DNA of 64,000 nucleotides from Phoronis australis (lineage: Eukaryota > Animalia > Phoronida): the NCBI GenBank assembly GCA_002633005.1, contig NMRA01000918.1:1-64000 (forward strand), read 5' to 3'. A model generated the notes under the pieces. The model did not search any database, was not told the DNA's origin, and saw only the letters and a list, made by a program, of their open reading frames with translations. Within the stretch, counting starts at the first letter, position 1. Every line of letters begins with the position of its first letter. The position numbers were made by a program, and so were the translations under genes. Shown one piece after another: positions 23,662 to 36,631 of the stretch.

Positions 23662-26600
23662 TGGTTCATAACCTATGTGGTTTGTTACTTCAATTAAAAT
23701 TCCAAATCATTATCTGTATCATTAAATGCTGGTGCTGGTGCATGCTTTGTAGGTCACTAACTGTATATTGTCAGTGTCTGCCAGTAGGTAAAACATTTTT
23801 CAGTGTCCATAAATTCATTGGAGACAGGACGGTTTGGTTCGTGAAATCAATCCCTCTTTTCCTGAAATATTTCAAAATTCACAGGAGCGGCACCTATACC
23901 ACATTTTGTGCCCAGTTGCCACCACTTATTGCCCCATCCAAACTGAGGGAAAATGCTCACCAAAGTTGCCAGCACACTTATGCATACCATTCTTTCCTGT
24001 GGAAGAACCCATGTGATTTATGCACGTTTTTTCCGAAAAGCAAATGTGCGTTACTTATACGGCCTTTCATCCTTGTTATTTGACCAAGGTGACTGATGTA
24101 GTCGCAATTTTCAATCTAGTCCTTGATGAGGTGATTAGCATACTAAATTCAATTTGAACCAGATTGTGTAGAACCCCGATTACACGGGGTGACCGTGTGA
24201 CTGCTGGGAATATTAGAATATTCCACCCTTTCCCAGAGTAAACATTATTAAAAAGGAAGATTGATTGTGAGTGTCTAGATAGAAAAGTTATTTCATAAAT
24301 ATTTTGTTAGTGTTTAAAACCTTTCTCGATTAAAACGCCCTTAGGACTTTATTCGGTAAAACATAACCAAGGTTGATAAAGCACAAAACCTTCATATGGA
24401 ACTCTGTTTCGAAAATGATATCTTTTGTAGAGTTCAGCTAAAAAGTGAACCCTTTTATCTGCGGATACATTCACTCACGACTGATCATCTGGGGCAACTG
24501 TGGTGCCACCTGCCTTGACACAACACATGGGTTTGGTTCAGTAGGCATTGTTAAAGATGGACATCTTTACAGCCTGTGGTTGTGCTACACTGGTCTAGCA
24601 CAATACTAGTAGGCTGTCCACAATCTTCGAATCATAACCCATAAATCAGTGTTATGTAATTCTCAGTGAAGTATGAAGTGGAGATCTCCTACCTATGAAA
24701 AACATTTGCTAACTGGGTTGTGAAGGTAAGGTTTTGAATGGGACTCTGTGTCTGCATTCTAATACTTATCAGCCTAGGGCAAGTCTGACTGAGTATGGCA
24801 AGTCTCTTAAATTTTAAATGCTGGAGCTTTTATTCATAAGGGCGTTTCTTTAATGAATACAAATTCATAATTTCAGACAGAATTAATTTAACTGCCCAAT
24901 GACGTCATTTGTTTCGAAATTTTGTTCATAGTTTATAATTTATCATGGAAAGTCGTGTTTTTGGTTGATTGGTGGGAGTAGTCAGATTTTGAGAACCAGT
25001 TTGAAGCCTGTCATTCAGCTGAGCAAACTACTGTTTTGTCAAATTGCAGAAACCTTATAAGTGTTACCATCTATTTGGTTACCTCGATCAAGTATTACTT
25101 AGAAGATCCCTTAGACTGGACTTATTCCTTTCATCGTTTCAACTATCGATGTGTAACTGACTTATGTAAATGAGCACGGTATATGGGTTGTTAGATACAG
25201 TACATGTTCTGACTAATACGTATATTTAGATATTGGCAGCTGCTGACCTGTTTACACATCATGTTCGAGCTTGATCTAATGCTTGATATCTTCAGCTTCG
25301 TAGTTGTGCAGAGAGGTGTAATTCGTCGTGGTAGTTCCTTTACTGAAAATACGTCAATTCTGATGTGTTCAATGTTCATAGATGTGCAAACTGCTGTGTT
25401 GTCATGGTTTTGAAATATAGGAGGTGATGGTATTCATCTACTACTGATTTGCGGCACTAAAATCTTTCCGTTAAGTAGTTATTCCCCGCATGCATGGTGT
25501 TCTGTTCTAGTAAAAGAGACTTGCCAAGACAGGTCACCACTGTGACCACTCGCTGACCATTATGACTAATCACTCACCTCTAATCTATATATCTTCAGTA
25601 CCAAGGTGACTTTCAGATATTTAAGTTTACTTATCACAGTTTCGTCAACAATATTGAAGGGTCAACTCTGTCACATGTCAGAAAAACAACGTTTGATTGG
25701 CCTCATCTTGTTTCGTGCTCAGATTAGAAATCATTTTTAAGCTTAAGATGAACTGACAGTTTGTTATCGCTTCCGATAGGGCTCATGAACTTTGCTTAGT
25801 TCCGGTCATTAGAGGAATTCCAACCGTTATATTGCTATTTGAAGAAAGAAAATTGTTGTTGATGCCAGAACGTGGACTGTTTATTTCTGGGCGGATGTTT
25901 AGTAGTGAACTAGTGTTCTGTACAAGATTGTGTTATTAGAATGTCTGTGCGTGACAGAAATATCTCCAGATCTCACTTAATCACTTGTTTTATGTTTTTG
26001 TTCAATGCGGATGCGTCATTCATAAGCTAATTGTTCTCTTATGGTATTGGTTTTAGCACTTGTAATCTGTATTTTTCAGGCCATGTGTTGCTTTTAAGTA
26101 AACAAAACTCTTGTGCCCTATGATGTTCTATTGATTACTTACCTCACTGTATATTCAAACATGTAACCAGCTTGCTGAGAAACTTCTAACGGTGGGCGAC
26201 AACTCCAGGGTTTTTTTTCTTCAAGCTGTTGCATCTGTGGTCTCTTGTCTGGTCTGCACTGATTGTCATAAAATGATTTTCATCTGGGATTTCACCTACG
26301 CAAATTCACATCAACTGTAGAGTATATCAGATAATGATGATATGTCCCTTGAGTTTAACTATCCAGATTTCTATTGAAAGCAAAGTAACAATTTTTTTTG
26401 ATATTTTTGTAGTTTCAAATCAAAACAGCTGTTTGTTTGTGTTTTTTGTTTTGTTTCGTGCTCAGTCTTGTTGATGTTGCTCGCTGCACGTTCTTGTTCC
26501 ATCATAGTCAACAAACCTATAACTTTTGTATGCTTGCTCAAACCATTGGAGGATCGGATTACCTTAACTTCAAGAGTTCACAGTAGTTTATAAAAATTTC

Positions 26601-28045
26601 AGACATGTGTTTTTTTTCTAGAAAACCACACTATTCAGCTGCTAGTGTCCTGTCTGGATTTCCTCAGAGGGAGACTTGTTTATTTTTCTTGAAATGGATT
26701 CTTACATTATGCTGATAGCCAGTTCCTTGAACTCTTAAACAGTTCTGAGAAATTCTGGTTTTCAAAGTTCTTCAAGCAACCTGTTACATGTAAGAATGTA
26801 GGATGTTGTTTTTCAACTTTCAAAAGCTGCTTTTTGTGATTGAAAGGAAGTGCGAATGTGGTGATTTTATACAGATTTTTACAGGTTTTTTCTCCATGGT
26901 CTTCATTAATCAGTCCCTACTTCCTGGACATGTGAGTCCAGCACGTTTTCAAAGTGGACATCTGTGTTGTCTTCTGTCCCAGACTAAATGGATTAAATAG
27001 TGCTTTGGGGTTCTTAACTTATTACATGTCTGCTGCCAGGTTCAAAGACCTTTGGTTTGAACTCTAATAGACCTGGCTGGTGAGAAGATATTGGATTAAC
27101 ATTGTTACTAACCAAGTCTTTGTCTAAAAATCTAATTTTGGTTTTTAAAGCCACTTTCTGTTGTAGAATTTGTCTGGAGTACGGTAATTTTAGAGGTTTG
27201 AAAGAGCAGTTAATTTTTCACTAGCTTGCAAATCATTGCTCATCTAGATAAAGACTGAGCGTGCATTCCGTAGAAACGATAACCCTGCGAAAACACAAAT
27301 TTTCGGGAAATATTGCCAAAGTAAAGAGGTGATCACACTAGCTTCCTTCAGTTGCTTGTGTGTTTTTTAAAACTTAAGAGTAATGTAAAAAAATAATTGC
27401 AGACGGTCTAGTACATGTTGTGCACAGTTATGCCCACAGGGTTAGGAGTCAAAATCAAAAGTGGGTGTTTTGGCAGGAGGCTTGCTGAGGTGTTGATATC
27501 TTTATTTTGAATGATCTCGTCTATTTTGGACACTGAACTTGTCAGAAAAAGTCTAGTCTGCTGTAGACTTACTTTGGATTTTCCCGATGTTCATTCTATT
27601 CTGACTGACTTCATGACATCACGAAAAATTCAAGTGGGTTTCCAGTAGATTGGATTTAAATTTTATCATCTTGATGAATGATAATGTCCATTGTCGTAAT
27701 CGAATACTTACAATAAATTGAAACTTTTTTGACCGTCAATGCTTGCGATCATCTTCAGAATGATCATCCTCAGAATGATGGTTAGGTGGACTTGTAGTCA
27801 CGTGATAAAGTTCCTGTTTCTCGCTTTGGTCACGCAATACTGTCATAAATGTGGGAAAGAGGGTACTGACCTAGGTCCCAGTTCATAACCCTGTCTCCTG
27901 CTTTCTTACTAAATAGAATTTTATGTATCTTTGTGTTTTCGTTCCACTGTCATGAGCTTGAATTTTGGCATTATCTCAGTCTATTACATTGTTCTGGATA
28001 GCACAGTGGTCAGTGACATTCGATTTCATTGACCAAAGCCCATGC

Positions 28046-31000
28046 TAACTGCTGGTGCTAATGTGTGAAGTGAGAGATTGTCTGCGAGATTCGAATCTTG
28101 TCTGTGGTCATGCAGGGGGGGGGGGGGANCAATAAGGTGGAGTAAGTTGTCACAAGTGGGGCAAGTTGCATCCACACAGCCTCTACAACCTATCTAGCGA
28201 CAACTGGTTCCTGGGGTAACTTGTTCTAGGGTACCGTAAGTCTGCTACACCCACACACAGTTTTACCCTAGAACAAGTCGTCGATTCGTCGACGGTCCAT
28301 CATTTGTCTGTGCAACATATGTCAGTATTTCAGTCTATGCTCAAAATGTATGCCTTTGTAAGTTAGCAATTTAAGTGCATAAACCTATGAAATGTCATTT
28401 TATTCGCCGTGTGATCCCATCTATTGATTAGTTGGTCTACCAACTCTCTGCAAGTCACACATAATTGCAGGGGATCTCTATATTTATCTACAGGCAATTA
28501 GTGCATAGACTCAGACCAGCAGCAAAGCACATGGTCCCTGCTGTGGCCATGTGTTAGTGATTGGTGTCATACCAGAACTAAGTCACTATTCAGCTGGGTT
28601 GTGAGGAAAGTTTATGGAATATCTGGAAATTGAGAAGCCCACCTAGGCTGACAAAATTTATTTATGATCAAGTTATTATTGTATTGGGTTTGTCTTCACT
28701 GAAAATGGAACTAGGAATTCAATCATGAATGATAACTTTCTTGTCGGTGCTTTTGTAAATATTTTATTTAACATTTTCATTGTGCTGTGTTAAAGGCAAA
28801 AGCAACTGTTTTTGATGGTATTAATGGAAAAATGTTGCCTGCGTACTAAAAGTTAGAGATCACTGCATGTTGGCTATGACTACGCTATGAAAACGAGGAA
28901 CACGATTTGCAAGTCTCACGTGATCATATATTGTTGTCACGACATCCACCTATAAATTTGACTAAGCTTCACTTTGAGCGTTCCCACGACACTGAAGTTT
29001 TGGAGATTACCGAAGCTTGGCTTTTAAATCCTACTGTTTTAAGCGACTTTTCGCTTGTAGATTAACTACCGGAGTTAACTTTTCCCGCAAAGTTTCGTTT
29101 CTAGTGGCTTATGATAAACTTACATTCATGACAATCAAAAGTAATAAAGCTTTCAAAAATGGGTAGTACCTGATTTAACCACTGATACACTTCATTGGCA
29201 CTCAATTCATTAATCTCTGATAATTAGTGAATACACATTGTTGACATTTTATTGCTTGTAGTTCCAGTTCAAAGGGTTCTTTCATACTGACATAACTCTG
29301 GCCTGAGCGGAACGTCGACATAAACTGCGAAGTTATTTGAACTGTTCATACCGGCTTTAATAGTTAATGGACATTGCAGTAAACAGTAGGTGACGCTGTC
29401 GTCATCGAAGTAATCACAAGGTGCCGCTGATGCATCACGTGCATGCTACTTAGATTTTTTTAATGTGACAATTTGGGAACATTTACATGTTCTAATTGAC
29501 ACAAAACATATTTCTAATTCAATTGGTGATTATTCGAGCAAAATATAAGCAACTGCTAGCGACAACACTGCCCTTTAATTGTCGACAATAACTGTGGCCC
29601 CTGGCGATAACTTTGGTGGGACCGAAGTTGACCATTCTATTTCATACTGCACCACACCGTCTACACTCCGCTGTTAAATCCATCTGTTTACTGCGAAATT
29701 AATGCTTATGTTTAATAACACATGGTTGTGTAATGGTTGCACTGTATGATAATTACATGTGTCTATTACAAGACTATCAGCCACCTTGGATCCCCCCAGA
29801 GATAAGAAATAACCCCAACAGCTTTTGTCTCATGGTGTGCTCTGTTGATGCAAAGATTTGTATTCGCTAACAGTGTGTTTGCTTGAAGTTGGTGATTTCT
29901 GATAACGGCAGTTGGGAGGCATTGAAAATTAATGTAACCACTGACATTTTGGCAGCATGGCTACAATATGTACTTGAGATTGCTAGGCATGTTTTATTTA
30001 AAAGTTTTGGCTGGTGTGTGATAATCTTGGCTGAGCTCCTTAGTGTTAGAATCTCATGAAGGAAGCTAGTGTGAACATGTGCATTGTTTGTAGTATGTGG
30101 TGGTACCTCACAAAGTCTTGCGTGATCTTGCCTTCATGAGGCTGTCGGGTTTGCGGGTTTATGGCGTGCATGTCTGTTAACTCCAGTGTTAGGCCAAAAA
30201 TAGCATGCTCATTTTGAAACCTACTCTTCAAACCTGACATCAGGTGGCACTGGGTCAAAAATAGAAAGAACTCTGCCAGTTTCAGCTATTGTCGGGTGTC
30301 ACTGAGGATAAAGTAGAAGGAAGACTGATCCCAAGGCATTTCAGCTGGCGTCACGTGACTTTCTTTTTGAGAATAAGGAAAATTGATACTGAGAAAATTT
30401 TGAATAAAAAACAAGCCAGAACCAATTATGTTATTTTTTGGCCTAAGGAAATGAAAGTAGATANGCTACGTAACTGCTGGTGCTAATGTGTGAAGTGAGA
30501 GGTTGTCTGCGAATTCGCATCTTGTCTGTGGTCATGCGGTGGGTACCAAACCGGTGATTTATGGTAAAAGAAAACCGTATGTAACTGCAGTCGATAATTT
30601 CTTTTGTTTTGCCTTGTTCCGCGTTTGTGGCGTCCCAGCGATTAGAAGTGGTGCAAGTTACCCTAGAACAAGTTGCCTTACCTCGATAAGGTGGAGTAAG
30701 TTGTCACTAGTAGGGCAAGTTGCACTAGTTTACATAACGTCCACACAGCCTTTAAACCTAGCTAGCGACAACTGCTTCCTGGAGTAACTTGTTCTAGGGT
30801 AGAACAAGTCGTCGATTCGTCAGCGGTCCATCATTTGTATGTGCAACATATGTCGGTATTTCAGTCTATGCTCTAAGTGTATGCCTTTGTAAGTTAGCAA
30901 TTTAAGTGCATAAACCTATGAAATGTCATTTTATTCGCTGTGTGATCCCATCTATTGATTAGTTGGTCTACCAACTCTCTGCAAGTCGCACATAATTGCA

Positions 31001-32968
31001 GGGGATCTCTAAATTTATCTACAGGCAATTAGTGCATGGACTCAGACCAGCAGCAAAGCACATGGTCCCTGCTGTGGCCATGTGTTAGTGATTGGTGTCA
31101 TACCAGAACTAACTCACTATTCAGCTGGGTTGTGGGGAAAATTAATGGAATATCTGGAAATTGAGAAGCCCACCTAGGCTCACAAAATTTATTTCTGATC
31201 AAGTTATTATTGTATTGGGTTTGTCTTCACTGAAAATGGAACTAGAAATTCAATCATGAATCATAACTTTCTTGTCGGTGCTTTTGTAAATATTTTATTT
31301 AACATTTTCATTGTGCTGTGTTAAAGGCAAAAGCAACTGTTTTTGATGGTATTAATGGCAAAATGTTGCCTGCATACTAACAGTTAGAGATCACTGCATG
31401 TTGACTATAACTACGCTGTGAAAACGAGGAACACGATTTGCAAGTCTCACGTGATCATATATTGTTGTCACGAACTCCACCTATAAATTTGACTAAGCTT
31501 CACTTTGAGTGTTCCCACGACACTGAAGTTTTGGAGATTACCGAAGCTTCGCTTTTAAATCCTACTGTTTTAAGCGACGTTTCGCTTGTAGATTAACTAC
31601 CGGAGTTAACCTTTCCCGCAAAGTTTCGTTCCTTGTGGCTTACGATAAACTTACATTCATGACTATCAAAAGTAATAAAGCTTTCAAAAATTGGTAGTAC
31701 CTGATTTAACCACTGATACACTTCATTCAGTAATCTCTGATAATTAGTGAATACACACTGTTGACATTTTATTGCTTGTACTTCCAGTTCAAAGGGTTCT
31801 TTCATACTGACATAACTCTGGCCTGAGCGGAACGTCGACATAAACTGCGAAGTTATCTGAACTGTTCATACAGGCTTCAATAGTTAATGGACATTGCAGT
31901 AAACAGCAGGTGACGCTGTCGTCATCGAAGTAATCACAAGGTGGCGCTGATGCATCACGTGCATGCTACTTAGATTTTTTTAATGTGACAATTTGGGAAC
32001 GTTTACATGTGCTAATTGACACAAAACATATTTCTAATTCAATTGGTGATTATTCGAGCAAAATATAAGCAACTGCTAGTGACAACACTGCCCTTTAATT
32101 GTCGACAATAACTGTGGCCCCTGGCGATAACTTTGGTGGGACCGAAGTTGACCATTCTATTTCATACTGCACCACACCGTCTACACTCTGCTGTTAAATC
32201 CATCTGTTTACTGCGAAATTAATGCTTATGTTTAATAACACATGGTTGTGTAATGGTTGCACTGTATGATAATTACATGTGTCTATTACAAGACTATCAG
32301 CCACCTTGGATCCCCCCAGAGATAAGAAATAACCCCAACAGCTTTTGTCTCATGGTGTGCTCTGTTGATGCAAAGATTTGTATTCGCTAACAGTGTGTTT
32401 GCTTGAAGTTGACGATTTCTGATAACGGCAGTTGGGAGGCATTGAAAATTAATGTAACCACTGACATTTTGGCAGCATGGCTACAATATGTACTTGAGAT
32501 TGCTAGGCATGTTTTATTTAAAAGTTTTGGCTGGTGTGTGATAATCTTGGCTGAGCTCCTTAGTGTTAGAATCTCATGAAGGAAGCTAGTGTGAACATGT
32601 GCATTGTTTGTAGTATGTGGTGGTACCTCACAAAGTCTTGCGTGATCTTGCGTGCTGTCGGGTTTATGGCGTGCATGTCTGTTAACTCCAGTGTTAGGCC
32701 AAAAATAGCATGCTCATTTTGAAACCTACTCTTCAAACCTGACATCAGGTGGCACTGGGTCAAAAATAGAAAGAACTCTGCCAGTTTCAGCTATTGTCGG
32801 GTGTCACTGAGGATAAAGTAGAAGGAAGACTGATCCCAAGGCATTTCAGCTGGCGTCACGTGACTTTCTTTTTGAGAATAAGGAAAATTGATACTGAGAA
32901 AATTTTGAATAAAAAACAAGCCAGAACCAATTATGTTATTTTTTGGCCTAAGGAAATGAAAGTAGATA
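28046..32968. repeat. Near-identical ~2.45 kb tandem duplication across a single N (probable uncollapsed haplotypes)
   Basis: 28046-30463 matches 30471-32968 with scattered SNPs and small indels; the junction is the N at 30464. Confidence 0.9.
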
Positions 32969-33944
32969 GCTATAGAATATATACGTGACCTTTCTCTGAA
33001 ACTGAATTAGGCCAAAAGCATGGTTCTGGTCTGTTTTGAAAATTGGTGCCAAGGTGTGGTATTTTTTTAGTTTGGGATAATTGGGTGCCTTGCCATGCAT
33101 TTAAAATTTTGCTTTTGTTCATTTTTGTGGCTTTTAGAAAAGTGTCATGTAGGCAAGCACTTTTTTCTATAAAACCCTTATAATCTCACATTCCATGACC
33201 AAAATCAACTTTTGATTCGGATTACTTACCATTATGAAATCAGTGTCAAGTTATGCTTTAGTTGAAATAGATATGATATCTAGGTAATGTAAAGAAACTG
33301 AAAGTTCGTTAATATCACTTGAGACCAGGCTTTACAAATTTACTTGATATTTCCTTCCTGAAAAAGATCTCGAACAATAACGAACTATAAGTTATTTGTA
33401 AGAACAAAAATCACTTCTCATTTGAGTAGGAACAATTATAGACCAATTGGTTAAGTCAAAAGTTAGTTTCTGTGACACATTTCACCGTCTTAGTGAGACA
33501 CAAATTTCCAAGTGAGTCGAAGTACAGTCTACAACCAACTAGCAGTATATACTATTCGATCTATAACTTAAATGTTCAAGATTCCAGGAAATCATGAGAA
33601 ATCGGCGGGCCGATTTTTTAGGTTTAGGCCTTGCATTGTATTTTATTGTCTAATGATTCTGAGGAAGTGTCACAATGGAATGCTTCAAAAATAACTGCCC
33701 ATTGTAATGAAATTTGATCTTACCTGCAAAGGTATTGTGTTGCTCATTATACTCTATCGCTGGAAGCAACTGTTCCCGAAAAAGTTTAGTGCTTATCAGA
33801 TTTCTTCAATCTTAAGATTTTTTCTACCGATAACTTCCTTGTTCAGTTCCCTCTGATAACGTTTCCCGGTTGCTGTACTTAGTGGCAGCATTCAGTTAAG
33901 TTTGATAAAGTCTCCGTTTCAGTTTACTCTTGAGTTTCCTTTAG

Positions 33945-33964
33945 ATGTCTGACGCGTTCTGTAG
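33945..33964 (+). CDS. RIPOR: Candidate alternative RIPOR start exon (MSDAFC/R)
   Basis: tttcctttag|ATGTCTGACGCGTTCTGTAG|gtaagg; phase 2 joins in frame to the exon at 40175. Confidence 0.5.
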
Positions 33965-36336
33965 GTAAGGTTTACATAATATTTTACTGACTGTTTTATT
34001 CAATAGATATTATTTGAATAAGGTAGGTGTTTTGATTAACGTGATAATCGTCATGCTATTGAGTTTCTTTGAGTGGGAGCACTTGGGCTCTTATGATGGC
34101 CTCTTTGGGACGGCCAGTTTAAAAAATGATGGCTTGGACAGTATTGCCAAGAGAGAATAAAAGACGACTTGTTTCAAGACAACCTCAGCGAAAATGACGA
34201 CCAAATGAAGAACTCTTATATCACTGGTTGATAAATTAAAGTGAAACTTAAAATTGGTTGTTTTAGTTCAATAAATACTCAAAATCGAGATCATAGACTA
34301 TTATCGTCTGTTTTTACCATAAATGTCACGCTGACGATCAGCAAATGCTGACAGCCATGTTTTTCGGTAGAATACATCTGCCCTTTGATATCAGGGTGAC
34401 TGCCTTCAGAATCATCGCATTTGTGAGTATAGACTCCCACTTTTCAAATCCAAGATGAGCTTATGAGTGGTTGGCCAGCAGCATAAAGGACAGCCCCACT
34501 CTAATCACAAAACCTAAAATCTGGTTGTCCAACCCCACAAACTGTGTCTCGAACTTTGTGGTCCTTCATAGAAAATGCGTTGCTCTAATGCTAAATATAT
34601 CGGCCAGAAGATTGACAAGTCAAAAAGGTCTGTGGTAGAGTTGGCCCAACTCTTCCGACATTTGGCAGTTTCATTTTAATCGCTGTTTAACTCACTTTCC
34701 TTTGACGATAGAAACCAATGATTGTCCTGTCAGGGAGAATTTTGGGACCAGTTTAGGAAGGATTACTTAGTAAACTTTGTTAGTCTCCTGTTTAGTACGG
34801 AGGAAATGACCCTTGATATGCTTTGCTTTGGCTCACTCTGGGCCAGTGTTCATTGGTTATTTGCTGCCTTTCTTTTATGTTATCTGCAAAATGTGTGTAA
34901 TTTCACCTATCCATGTGACACAGTGGTATCACTAAAAAATTTATGTGTCACATCACAGTAGTTGGTTGTAATAAAACCAGTTAAATCATCAGTTTGTCTG
35001 CATTGTTTTGTATTGAGTGTCACTAATCATTGCCGTTTGGCTGTAACTAGCAAATATGACGCCATGATTTTGGTCGGTGTGCTAAGTCCTGAGTGAAAGT
35101 TCACAACATTCGGAATGTGTAGCTTCTGTACTTACTCCTGGCTGCTAGTAAGTGGTTCTTCTTGGATATTGGAATAGATGACATTTGTTTTCCCCTGTGT
35201 CAATAAGGATACAGTCTTTGTGTTTGTTGATATTATTTAGCCAATTTGAAGAGAGAATGTGAAGTGTAACGCCTAACAAGAGGGAAGTACAATGTATCAC
35301 GCGTATCAATACAGTGGTTTTTAATTTTTCCACACTGATTAATCGAATTTCTTAACTTCTTATCACATGTCCATTTTTATCTACAAATTTGTTACTTTGC
35401 CTCCACTAAAAATGCGAATTCTTAGTCTACATACTAAAAAGTCTTGTCTAGACATTAGTCATCCAATATTAGCTCTGTTCTTTTGCTGATATCTAAGCGT
35501 CAGGCGTCTCAACAGTTTCTGAGCTGAGATGAACAAAAAAGAAAATATATACGTATCTGCCTGGCTTGTTTATTTTTGTGGTGTTGGCATGGCAACTCGC
35601 TGCCAAAAGTAAAACTTTATTAGAATTAGAATTACAAACGTCTAATCTGAAATAGTTGTTATGTCAGCAGTTTAGAACTTATGGTGGAGTGCATTGCTTT
35701 ATGGGTAAATACTGCATAATCATGACACTATGATATTGCAGACTGTGGCCAATATTTCATCCATTGGTAAGCTTCAGTGCTGAACCCATGCAAGATTAAT
35801 GTTCAGGTAATTTTTTGTAACAATGGCACAATTTTTATCATTACGCGCACTTGTGTCTGAATTGTCCTTTTGCCAATGTCTTCCTTTTTGCGAGCTTTTA
35901 TCCTCATCTGCCGTCTTTCAATATACTAAACATGACTATAGTATTTTGAATTCACACATTTCATTATTTTTGGTTGGTTCCCACATTTTACTTGAAGGTC
36001 GCACGTTTTTCGGTCAGTCGGTCGTGTGTGGGCCTCAGTCTCATGATTTTGTTGACAAAATTTGAACTCTGCTTAAGTGATAGATGGTGTGTTTAACTGT
36101 TCTTTACTACAAGTTTGTGTTTGCTAGATAAGTCACATCTAGCTGGATTATGGGCTTTCTGAATTGTACCATCCTCCAATCAATCTTGGTATCTCTGTTA
36201 ATTAAGCGTGCTGCTTAGTGTTTCTAATTCAGTATTGGCATACATCATAATGTTTTTATGACCAGTGTTCTCTAGCAGTGTGGATGAGAGGCTAGGGTTA
36301 GCTATTGAGAAGATATGCTGTGAAGAAGATATAGCA

Positions 36337-36631
36337 CCGTAAAAATTCTTTAATTTGGGACAGCCTCTAGAATTTGGGACATGGAAACTCCTGCGAAAAT
36401 CGGAATTTTCTGCATTCTGGAATTTGGGGCAAGGGCAATTTTAACATTCGTCATGTTTCTCAGATTTGGGATTATGTATTTTCAGTCTACAGAGTGGGTA
36501 ATTTTGCCATCTTTTCGGTGATTCATGGATTTGAGACGGCCAATATTGCCTATTTCTAGAATTTGGAACAAGCTTCGACCTTGAGAAAAATACTTCAATT
36601 TTCACTGTGCCAAATTAGAGAATTTTATCTG
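36337..36631. mobile_element. Tc1/pogo-like MITE with AATTTGGGA subterminal repeats
   Basis: CCGTAAAAATTCTTTAATTTGGGACA versus the reverse complement of TGTGCCAAATTAGAGAATTTTATCTG; TA on the right flank. Confidence 0.5.
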
